A stretch of DNA of 64,000 nt, from the NCBI RefSeq assembly GCF_018977255.1, contig NW_024704760.1, forward strand, positions 4,526,001-4,590,000. The letters are read 5' to 3'. A model generated the notes under the pieces. That model was given only the letters and a program-made list of their open reading frames with translations. It did not search any database and had not been told where the DNA came from. The translations under genes were made by a program, and so were the position numbers. Positions 1 to 10,782 of the stretch are shown piece by piece (within the stretch, counting starts at the first letter, position 1; each line of letters begins with the position of its first letter). Source of the DNA: Callorhinchus milii (Eukaryota).

Positions 1-2089
1 AAACCAATCGTGCCGTTTGATTTTACAATCAGACAACCGAGGTTTTCCGGGAGCACCACGACAGCAACAAACACGTGCATTTATACAGCGCCCTTCACAC
101 GGAGCAGGGTCTCGGAGCGCTTAACGCCTCAAAGAGGATACTTTGGTTTTCGCATTGCTTCACTTTCGCCCCTTTCTGTGCCGAAAGAAAGTTTAAAGAC
201 ATTCTCTGCTTACGCGTGGAATTACTTCTGCATTTTTAATGTCCGCAAAGAACTGATAATCCCACTAGCTCTTCCCTAAGACTTAAAATGTAAGTGGTAT
301 TCAAGTGTTGCTCCCTCAAGCTTGCACAGTACATATATGCGAACAATATAGCTGAGCCACATAGTCTACAAACCTGCGATTGTAGTGTGTTGTGACATCC
401 CAGGGCAGTTAACCCTCTAAACTGGCAGCTATACACCGGGGCAGTTAATGTGACTCTCTCGACTACGCCATTAAGTGGAACACAGTGTTTCACATCAGGT
501 GACCCCAATGAAGAATCTCGCAGTACAGGATGAAAATACCGACTCAGTGAATCTTTTCCAGGGCAAGTACGCCCCGTGATGGGCATCGGACTTTATTGAC
601 ATCAGTTGTAGAATCTTTATGCATATTTTATAAGATAATTAGCAGTGTCAGTGTGCCAGCATCTTATTAAACTCCACTGAAGGTATCGCTGCCAGATCAA
701 ATGGGAACAGGGCTCAGTGATATACAGATTTAATCTACAGGAAGCGGACTTGTAAAATTTCCCATTATGCAAGTTTCTTCCTGCCCCGCATGATGCTTGT
801 TTGAAATGCTTTACTGCCCCATGACTTACGATCCCTCTAAAAGAACTGAAGGCATTCATCGCAGGAGGGCACAGACATTAAAGGAATATAACTGCTATTT
901 GGTCAGTCTCTCTTCTAAACAACGTTAGCTTGTTTTCCGAAGGTTTCATTGTTTTCTGCGGAAGCATTTTGGTCAATGACATTCCTCTCCCCCACCCCAC
1001 CCACCCCACTCTCCCACCGCCACCATCCCTTTTTCTGGTAAATGCAAGAGGTGTAACTTACTTGCTCATCTGCATTGAAATAGGCGTCACGAAACAGATT
1101 AAATATTCAGGTCGTGAAAAATACAGTATTGCTGCCTACCGACACTCAAGAGTAGTGTAGCTTAGGTAGTAAGGATATTGTATGTCATTTTCCCCCATTG
1201 AGGGGGCCAAGCCTTCAGCTCCTACACCACTAACCTTTGAACTCCCTCCCTCTACCACCCTGTCTCGCCCCGTCTCTTTAAATCCACCTCAAATCCTCCC
1301 CTCCGAATGTGCCTAAGGTCCCCCCCCTCCCTCTCCATATCCAACCCCGTCCCTGAGCGCTCTGAGACGTGACCCTAAGTGAAGGGGAGCTATATAAATG
1401 CAAGTCGTCGTTGAGATAATAAGCCTTGCGTTTGATACAGCGCCTTACCAGGTCTTGCAGACGTCTCAAAGCGCTTCACGGGATTTCACTGTCAAGCGAA
1501 GTGGCTGTGTAGTCATCAGCAAATGAGAACCACAGTGCACCACACACAGTTATGACATGACATAATATTATTTAAGACAAGCAATCTCTGCAATCTCCTA
1601 TCTTCAGAAGCAGCCGAGCAGAAACAATAGGACTCAATTCTGCCCAGGGTGACAGAACGACCCAGATAAGAAAGTGGAGTCACGTTTGCCGTGCGAGAGG
1701 TTAAGTTAAATTGATTAATTAATTTAATTAAATTACCCCCACCCTCCCCCAACCCCCCAAAAAAATCAAGCAACGGATTAAAACGTATGCACAGATCAAA
1801 AAAAAAATCAGCATTTGCAGAGCAGTTGTTTTTTGAAAAAAACCTAAGCCTTTCAAACACATATGAAATATGAATCAGGTACCACTCGAAATCAAAAGAA
1901 GAAAAGCACCGCTTTTTATTGACAGAGAGAAAAAAAAGATTTGTTCGAAAGATACAAAGGGCCCACCCAGGAAAATACAAAGGATGGTTTTGCAACCGAA
2001 TGTGCATTAACAACATCGCTCATGTATTTTCAGTTTGTTGCTGTAGGCTGTTGGGTCAAACGTTAATTGAAGATTTTTTTAAAAAACAA

Positions 2090-2143
2090 AGAGAGAGAGA
2101 GAGAGAGAGAGAGAGGGGGAGAGAGAGGGAGAGAGAGAGAGAG
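2090..2143 (+). repeat. (GA)n microsatellite
   Basis: Direct observation. Confidence 0.9.
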
Positions 2144-3084
2144 GGGGAAATATCGATGCCAGGAATAAAAGGCTAGAAAGAGAGCTTTCTGCAAATATTT
2201 CTTTCGGCAAAGATTTCTGCCCTTTCAGAATTTTGTCCATTTCACCAATTTATAGCAACCAGTGGCGGGGGGTGGGGGGGGTAGGAATCCTAACGTCCAG
2301 AGACCATAAAGAGTTAAATCTTATGCATAAATTTCAATCTGTTGCTTGAATATGTTTTTTGGGGGTTGGATGGGGGTGGGGGGGGGTTGATGGAGGGCTT
2401 TAATTTAATAAAATTAATGAATGCGTTTCATTTAAAGCTCTTGTACTGCAAAAGGGACTCAGTTTTCTTAACTGGAGTCGTTCTGTTACCACTACCCCTC
2501 TCCCCCACCCCTATTAAACGCAGTTTGCCAGCTGTGCAGATAGAAATTAAGTGTGGAAAGAATGAAAGATTATACTGTTTACCCTCCGCCCCACACACAT
2601 GCCATACATCCCACTATTGCATTATCAGACAGATCAAGTCCTTACAAACAGAGACCAGGTTAATGCAAAGTAGATTTTATCGAGCTGTCAATTGAAGGGA
2701 GAGACCGGATTAAAATGCAAGTAACAATGTGGTCGAATTTCTTAAAGAGATTCCTGGCATCTCTTACAAGATGTTAATAGGGAGAGAAGTTTACAAGAGG
2801 AGCAACATTTTTAAGAGTGAAAGAAAGACACTCTTCCCTCCCCACCCAACCTCTCCTTGACTTCCAAAGGGAGTGTGTGTATGTGTGTTAAAAAAAACAA
2901 ATCCCAATGAAATCTCAGCGATTGCTGCGGATGTTGAAAACTAGAGTATTTCTGGCACATTGAGAGAAAGATGGTGCAAGTGGCTCATTGAGACAAAGTG
3001 GTTTCAAACTCCTGATGATGCAAACTGCTTGACTGTTGATTTCAATTAGGAAGGATTTCAGCAGTCAGTCAGCCCAGCTCAGTC

Positions 3085-3430
3085 TCCAGCTTCTGAGTCA
3101 GGAGATTGTGGGTTTAAACCCCACATTGAGACACAAACTGAAAGCCTAGTCCGACTTTGCAACAGGGCAGTGCTGGGGCGGGAGTGAGACATGGTCAGAG
3201 GTGCTGCCCTTTGGCTGAGACATTAAAACCGAGATCCCATGGCACTGTAGAGTTTCTCCCGGCCAACAATCCTCCCAAAACAAAATTGACGGTTGGCTTT
3301 GCGGCTGTTTGTGGGGCGTTGTTGTGTGCGAATTGGCTGCCTCGTTCGCTTACAAATACACAATCACTACACTTTCCAGTAAAAGCCCTGTCAAGTGCTT
3401 CGAGACGTCCTCCTGTGCAGCTATATGAAA
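3085..3430 (+). mobile_element. Older DeuSINE (SacSINE1/AmnSINE-like)
   Basis: tRNA-like head (TCTGAGTCAGGAG..GTGGGTTTAAACCCC), TCAGAGGTGCTGCCCTTTGG..GAGAC..TAAAACCGAG, Deu domain. Confidence 0.65.
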
Positions 3431-4123
3431 CACAGGATTCTTGAGCTCACAAAACATACAGTCAATCCACTTTACAGTATATTCTGCAAAGCGCTTTTGA
3501 GACGTCTCGAAGACGTGATGAGGAGCTATATCAAATGCAAGGTTTATTATTATACATGTCGGACTGGAGGCATGTGCTCAGCATTATCTTCTAGCCAGCA
3601 CTATTGATGGAGAAGAGCTTTCACTCTCACTCCTTCACGCACACACACAGCAGCTTCAGCTTTAGACAGTTTTAAGCACAACATTTGCACTCACTAACTG
3701 GAAAGAAAACGTGAATGAATTTTGAACTGCTACCACCACGCCACACCACAAACTCAATTCCGAGCTATTCCAACACTAAGTGAAGAAAATATCTTGGTAA
3801 CACGGTGTCAAGACGTCGGTACGCAGTGCGTTACAAGTGTATTTTCAAGTATTTGAATAGGAAGAGGTTTTATTTTTCCCATGCACTGTTAAAATCGCCT
3901 TGCATTACCCAAATGTAGGGGTGGGGTAACTTAACGATTTGCGTTCCTTCTACATAAAACTTAATAATAGACCCACGACAAATAATGTCTAGGAACTGAA
4001 GGGATGACAGTCACTGTCTCTCTTTCTTTCTTTTTCTCTCTCTATCCATATACATCCACATATATATATATATATATTTGTATCTGAGAGAAACTCTAGA
4101 GCATCTCACAGCAAAGCACGTAC

Positions 4124-4230
4124 CTGCAAGACACTGTGATCTCTACTTTAGTGGCTGGGATATTTCCTTGGATGGGATCGAAGTCGCTCACAGAAGCCAT
4201 ATCATCGAATTTGTCCATAGCGTCTTCCAT
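4124..4230 (-). CDS. CPNE5: Copine-5-like, first coding exon (rest of gene lies beyond left edge or was not found)
   Basis: Reverse strand reads MEDAMDKFDDMASVSDFDPIQGNIPATKVEITVSC(R), ending AG|GTACGT in phase 2, with an in-frame TGA upstream of the ATG. Closely matches the recalled CPNE5 N-terminus (DMASLSEFDSLAGSIPATKVEITVSCR), better than CPNE8. Not in the ORF track. Confidence 0.88.
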
Positions 4231-4378
4231 CGGAATTCAGTAAATCCAGGCTGGCTGTTCAGCACTAACGTCATGCCACAACACAAAAAAATCCCTAAGC
4301 ATCAGCTGTTTAAAGGCAAGTTGCACCTAGTGGGAAAGGCAGGAATCAAGAGTTGAGGGCTGACTGGTCACACTGATG

Positions 4379-4399
4379 ATCCCTGTCCCTGGTGCTGAA
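4379..4399 (-). promoter_or_regulatory. RE1/NRSE (REST binding) motif
   Basis: Minus strand TTCAGCACCAGGGACAGGGAT: both RE1 half-sites with canonical 2-nt spacing, ~150 nt upstream of the copine ATG. Confidence 0.75.
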
Positions 4400-5559
4400 A
4401 CACTACTGCAGAGAAAGTGAGAGAAAAAAAAACATTGCACAGGGTTTATCTTGAGTAGATTTACAAAGCCCAGGACATCCTCCTAAATTACAGTTCATGG
4501 ACTGAAATGATGCTCCACCCTCTGTTAACCTCACCATCGCCTGTCAGTTCTGTGCAATGCAACTGCAGACTGATCACTGGAGCATGATCTAACAGGACTG
4601 CACAGACATTCTTGCCTCTATCCAGATGAATAAAAATCACATTGTGAGATGTGTGTGTGTGTGTCTGTGCCTAGAGTATGAGAGAGAAAGAAAGAAAAAA
4701 AAAGCCTATGCAAACAATAAATTAATCCAGCTAACGATGCCTTGCTGTTCACCTGAATCTGGACAGTTTCTTGATAACTGATTTTGACAATTTGTGTATC
4801 ACTGTGGTTCGAAATACATTGATAGAAGCAGTGGACCTTGCAATTCATGGGTTATTTCCCAGGGTTTTGAAAACACATGACTAAAATCACAGCAAGCTGA
4901 ACTAAAATCAAATCTATTGATACACATCCACTGGCTTTGTAAATCTACTTGATAGCCCAACCAGCTCTGCAGTCAACTAATCCACAGGCGAAACCCTCCC
5001 CTAGACCAACTATTTAAGAAAAATAAACGAGCCAACATTGAAATTGCACCTCACAACATGACAACCACCCACCTTGTAGTGGTCAGCATCTTTCCTTCCA
5101 GGTAGAAATTGCTGCTTTCTTTGTATTTTGGGGCACGTTTTAAATGCAACTTTTCCTCCTCAAAGACATTTTTGTAGCACCTGATATTTTGACCAGCAAA
5201 TGAAGCATGCCTCTTAGAGGACAAACGTGGTTGTACAACTACAAGCCTTGACAAAATCACTTCCTATCAACAGGCAAACTGGATGGAGGTCTATTAGCAA
5301 TGTATTACCCCCCGTTAGTTTAATTAAACTGGACTACACCAGCTTTGGGAAAGCATGCAAGCATTTTATGTAGAAGCAACTACTACACTGCCAACATCAC
5401 CCAAAATAACATGGAAGAAACTCTCAAAGTTTTACATCGACTGCTGGCTTGCTCTGATGCAAGTTTTGTCGTTTGATATGAGTCCAGCAACCTGTATTGA
5501 TTAAAACTCATGGCACAAGAAACTGAGATCTTCAACAAACTTGCTCCATTTCCATTTGC

Positions 5560-5720
5560 TGTGCGCAATTGGCTGCCAATTGCCAAACAAAACTGGCTGC
5601 CGCGTTTCGCCCACAAAATATACAGTCACTACACTTTACAGTATATTCTATGAAGTGCTTTGAGACGTCTTGAAGACATGATAAGGCGCTATATCAAATG
5701 CAAGGATTGTTATTGTTACA
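5560..5720 (+). mobile_element. SINE 3' fragment
   Basis: Deu domain + tail. Further + strand copies near 3450, 8010, 13000, 23830, 41100, 41950, 42590, 58420 and 59350; further - strand copies near 55675, 57380, 60680 and 63940. Confidence 0.75.
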
Positions 5721-7148
5721 AAACGATTTATACATACAGTATTGTAATACAATGATAGGTGCTTTTGCCTGCAAATGCATAGCGACTGCACTTCACAGCA
5801 AATTCTATGAAGCATTTGAGAACGTGATAATAATAATAATAATCCGTGTGTTTGATATAGCGCCTTATCACATCGGAGATAAAACTGTATATGAAATGCA
5901 AACATTGTGTATTATTACAATAAAATATAAACTGATAGTTCATAGTATTTAAAAAAAATTCAGCTGGAGCTGGTATCATTTAAATGCTCTAATGTTATCA
6001 GAATTTACAATTTAGGAGCTGGTCATTTCCAAATGAATTTATTCCTGTCGTTTCAAGCAGCTTTTATGGTTAAATGTAATATTTGCCCCTACTTTGCCCT
6101 TACGTGTGTAAATTTGGAAGGTAAGCCAAATTTAATTAGATACACAGGCACACATTATATATACTTAATGTGTGTGTGTGCAGCACAGTTGGCTAAAATG
6201 TTTAGTAAATAAAGGATAGATCTAACAGGGTAAAATAATATGTTTAGCAAATAATTATCCAATAGCAAATGCAGTTGTAGCAATCCTTGCATATCATTGC
6301 AATCCTTGAAATTGACCAGATTATCAAGAGTATCAAACTAACAGCAAGTCCTGGTGACGGTAATGAGATGGTGAAACCAGATGCACTTTGTTACTTGACC
6401 TTAAATTGCAAACTGGGATGAGTTGGTGGGATTACGGAAAAAAGAAATTAAAAAAAAAATTGGGGGCCTTTAAAAAAAGGACCAAATGGAGATTGCAGGA
6501 TGGAATGATCACCAAAGGATGGGCAATTGGGCTCATAGATCCGATTCCCCACTTACATTTTGGAAGTTAATAACAGATGCGTTTTAAAGAGGGGTTGCGA
6601 GATCTGAACCAAATCAGGATCAGTATCCAAAAATGTACTCAGATGTGTTATTTAGACGCTCGTTATGTCAACGACTTAGCCAGGAGGCAACACAGTATTA
6701 CCATTCCACTGCTAAACTCCATTAGCAAATTTGACATTTGTAAAATTGCATAAGTAGCCTAATTTATACGGCTACGGGCTTATTTGAGGGGTGGATACTC
6801 ATTTCTAATGCATTTGCTTTTAGCCAAATATTGCTTTGAAATTACGCAGTGAAAAAAAATTGCAATTCTTTGTGTCGGAAAAAGGCCAAGAGCGCATAAA
6901 GCTTCTTATAAACTTCGACCGTGCCTTCGATCACCCCGCCTTTTCCCCTTCTTCCCACTACCCTCCGCCCTCTCTGATCCCGACCCCCGGCTCGGGTCCG
7001 AAATACTGATTGTCCAGCGCCTTGGGACGTCCTCCCGACGTGAAAGGCGCTTAACAAATGTAATTTTCTTGCTGCTGCTGTTGTTGTTGTTATCAGTCAC
7101 AGAATTACTGATGAAACAGTGAATACTGTGGGACATGCTTTGTCGCCA

Positions 7149-7166
7149 AGCGCCCCCTAGTGACCA
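7149..7166 (-). promoter_or_regulatory. CTCF core motif
   Basis: Minus strand TGGTCACTAGGGGGCGCT vs consensus TGGCCACCAGGGGGCGCT. Confidence 0.65.
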
Positions 7167-8784
7167 AGTTAAGTACCTGCTACAAGGACTGAGTTCCTTG
7201 CACGGAAATTAGTGCCCGACACTTATGTTACTAAGTCAATCAACACTAGACTCAGCTAACGATTGCTGGCTAAGGTAATGTAAATAAATTACAGCCCACA
7301 CTTGTTGCATTTGCTCTGTTCTTGTTGTATGAAATAAGTATTGCGCTCATAGTAAATCTTGCATTTGATACGGATCCTTTTCACGTCGTCGAGATGGTTC
7401 AACGCGCTTTGTAAAGTGCAGTGACTGTGCTTTTGTAGGTGCATCCGGCAGTCAATTTGGGCGTAGCAACGTCCAACAAACAGCCATGAAGCGAATAACT
7501 AATTTTATTTGGGGGATTATCAGCCAGAACACTGGCCATTCTCCTTTCAAATACTGCCACCGGATCTTTAATATCCACCTGACTATATTGGTAGAAACTT
7601 GGTTTAGTTTCTCATCCAAAGGATAGCACCTCCGACAATACAGCACTCGCCCAGCACCACAACGAGTTCAAAACCCTGCCCTTCAGTGTTAACTTCACAG
7701 GTGCTCCAGGGATCTGTGTGTATCTGTATAACTTTAATGTTAGTGTTTCTTTGAGCATCGCAGGGTATGACCTGAAATCCACTAAAAACACCCAGACCAG
7801 AAAATAGCTAACTCTCTGCACCTGTTCCTGAAGCATGAAGGCTATTATAAGACATCCTTCCTTAGTTTGGCATTTAAAATAGGATTTGATCACACCGGTA
7901 AGATACATGAAAACTTCCCTTGTGAAATAGGAGTTGATCTTGCAAAAGCACCCTCCTTTGCTGACGCTAAATGCTCAATATAAGAATAAGTTCTCAGTAA
8001 TCTCTCAAAACACAATTGGACAACTGGTTGCCACATTTCGCCCACAGTTACACAATCAATCCACTTTACAATGTAATATATCCTATGAAGCGCTTTGAGA
8101 CCTCTCAATGATGTGTGATAAGGGGATATTTCAAACGCAAGGCTTATTATTATAAACATCAGAGTATTGGAAAGACACGGTTGGATTCTCCCCGCCCTCT
8201 CCCCACAAAAAAATAATCAGGTTGCCAGCACTGTATTCCTGCTATTATTTTTCTTGTTTTCAATAAATCATTTGAGCAGGGTACCGATTGTCAATCAAAT
8301 GGTAAGAAATAAAATGAATGCAGTTGCAACAATAGAACCACAGGGGCAATCTAAATTTTTCTGCGTTCTATTAACTCGTTTGGGTTTTAAATGCATCCAT
8401 CTAAATGCAAGATGTAAAGTGTTTCTTCAACGTGCATATTTTCTCCATTTTAAAGAATGTCCCGTTCAAAATATCCACCCACGCAGAAAGCGTTGATCAG
8501 ATTAAATCGGCTGAAAAATCAACATTATCGAAAACTCGATATAATAACTTGTGACAAGTTGATGAGCGAGTGGACGTGAGTTAATTGTAGATTGAAAAAA
8601 GTTCCACTGATCCACACTAATCTAGTTTCACAGATTGAACTCTTGGACACACACGCAATGCAATCTTCATTCATTCCTTTTCCCTCAGGAAATTCTACAG
8701 TAACCCATCTCCCTGTTTTATAGCTGGAGGGCAACATATTTGTATTGTTGCTTATAAGGCATCGCCTGTTCTATAATCAATCAA

Positions 8785-9220
8785 TAATCCTTGCATTCGA
8801 TATTGCATCTTTCACATCAACAGGACTCCTCAAAATGTTTTGCAGGATCTATGTCAAGTGTAGTGACTGTTTATTTTATAAATAAGTAAACACAGCAGCC
8901 AATTTACGCACAGCAATTTCCCACAAACTACCGTGATGTGAATGACCAATTTTATTTGGGAGAATTGCTGGTCATGACACAAGGAGAAACTCCCTTGTCT
9001 TTTCAAACAGTGCTACAGGATGTTTGACGTCCACCTGAAAGGGCACAGAATGGACCCCAGTTTTAAAGTCTCATCCAAAGGATGGCACTTCTGATATGGC
9101 AACACTACCCCAGTATTGTATTTCTGTGATAGTCTTGACGATGTGCGTTCAAAGTCAAGATGTGGGGAAGTGAACCCAAACCTTCTGATTCCTAAGCGAG
9201 GGTGCTACCGACCAAATCAA
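8785..9220 (-). mobile_element. Older DeuSINE (SacSINE1-like)
   Basis: Reverse complement of the same family; related copies at 7356-7660 and 18950-19260. Confidence 0.65.
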
Positions 9221-9614
9221 ATGAATTATGACTTGGACCTGGTCTAAACAGTAAAAAATCTAAATACAATACGTAAAGTGTTTCTTCAACTGTACTCGCT
9301 AACATTTTTATTAAAGCCATCAATCAGGGGAGCGCGAAACAGAGAAGTACATTTAGGATGGGAATACTGTCAAGATGATAACAAATTGAAATCTGAAGCA
9401 GAAATGATGTGAAAGATAAATGCACATTATAAAACTAGAGGAAGGAAAAAGAGGGGGCGGAAACAAATGAGAGTTGCACAAAACTACTAATNAAAAAAGA
9501 ATAAATGCATTCAAAATAAGAGCGGAAGATGGAGTAGAAAACAAGGGATGAAAATAAGGCAAAAAGGGTCAAAATTAACCAAAAGCAGGGAAATACCAAG
9601 AGAGGAAAGTATTA

Positions 9615-9971
9615 TATTAATAATAATAATCCTTGCATTTGATATAGTGCCTTATCATGTTGTTGAGACGTCTCAAAGTGCTTCACAGAATACACTGTAA
9701 AGTGAATTGACTCTATATTTGTGGGTGAAACGCATCAGCCAATTACACACAACAGTGTCCCACAAACCATCGTGGATTGCGTGACCAAATTATTATTATT
9801 ATTTTGGAAGGGATTATAACCCCCGGAAAGGGTTCCGCTGATCGACTTAACAACTGGTTCCTATTTACTACTAGGTAAGCAGAGGCGTGTGGAGTCAGGA
9901 AACTTGCCTAAGGTTTCGCCCCGCCCAGGAAACGAACCTGGGTGCTCTAACCAATAACGCTACAGGACTCC
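9615..9971 (-). mobile_element. tRNA-derived Deu-domain SINE
   Basis: Same head, body and tail as the 33274 copy. Confidence 0.8.
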
Positions 9972-10023
9972 ATGAACACAAATTGAAGAGGTTCAGGAAA
10001 TGAACGCAGGAAGAGTCTGGCAA

Positions 10024-10104
10024 ACTGCAAAGTCAGCAAAATATTGGGAGCGTCAGAGTCAACAGTCACAAGACACAGCAAATGTGCCGGGTTAATGATT
10101 ATCT
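10024..10104 (+). promoter_or_regulatory. Putative proximal promoter motifs (HNF4-like, HNF1, GATA) of the 97-aa ORF
   Basis: GGTTAATGATTATC at 10090-10103 is 1 mismatch from the HNF1 palindrome GGTTAATNATTAAC and overlaps TTATCT (GATA). CAAAGTCA at ~10028 is HNF4-like. Confidence 0.45.
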
Positions 10105-10199
10105 CCCGGGATGAAAGGGCAAGGTACTGAGCACAAGGGATCGTGTCGATTGCAGAAGGAGGAAAAGTCACCTAATGTGCTTCACTGGCTTGCTAAACC

Positions 10200-10493
10200 A
10201 TGTTGGAGCAGATCTTTTATGCCGTGGTCGCCTTGATTTACTTTTACAAAGTCGCCACCGGTTGCAAGAAGAATGAGCTGCTCTTGGACAACCGAGCGTC
10301 TGCTAACGTGGCTTGCCTCTTCGTGATCGTCCAGCCTCTCAGCTTGCTGCTGGGGGGATACACGGGCATGTTGGCTTTCTCCATCTTCGCTGTTTTCTCT
10401 TACAACTTTTTGCCCAAGAATCTGGATGTGGCTCGTGGGGAAGAAATGCCAGCCCAACAACACAAACCACCTGCGAAGAAGAAAGTTCACTGA
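10200..10493 (+). CDS. Uncharacterised 97-aa multi-pass membrane protein with C-terminal KKxx motif
   Basis: ACCATG start with in-frame stop just upstream, C/G-rich third codon positions, about three hydrophobic segments, ends KKKVH*. Not repeat-derived as far as I can see. Confidence 0.6.
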   Translation: MLEQIFYAVVALIYFYKVATGCKKNELLLDNRASANVACLFVIVQPLSLLLGGYTGMLAFSIFAVFSYNFLPKNLDVARGEEMPAQQHKPPAKKKVH

Positions 10494-10494
10494 T

Positions 10495-10782
10495 CTCTTC
10501 CCCTTCATTTTTTTACTCCCCTCTCTCTTCCTTTCCGCCCTTCTCCGCCCCCTTTCTTCCTTTCCATCCCTCTCTCCCCCGCCCCCCCCCCTTGCCCTCT
10601 CTCTTCCTCCCCCTTCTCTTTCCCCCAACCCCTCGCCCCCTCCCCTTTCTTCCTCTCACCACCTCCCTTCCTCCCTCTCTCTTCCTCTCACCCCTTCTCT
10701 CTCTCTCTCCACTCCCTCTCTTCCTCCTCTTCTCTCTCTTCCTCCAACCCCTTCTCTTGCTCTGCCCTTCCCCTCCCCTCCA
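10495..10782 (+). repeat. Polypyrimidine/CT-rich low-complexity tract
   Basis: ~290 nt almost purely C/T on the + strand. Confidence 0.9.

Noticed and set aside
50-68. RE1-like GAGCACCACGACAGC
   Set aside because: Right half-site lacks a G and spacing is wrong
9310-9610. Unusual purine/A-rich stretch containing an N
   Set aside because: Looks like low-quality sequence or a contig junction
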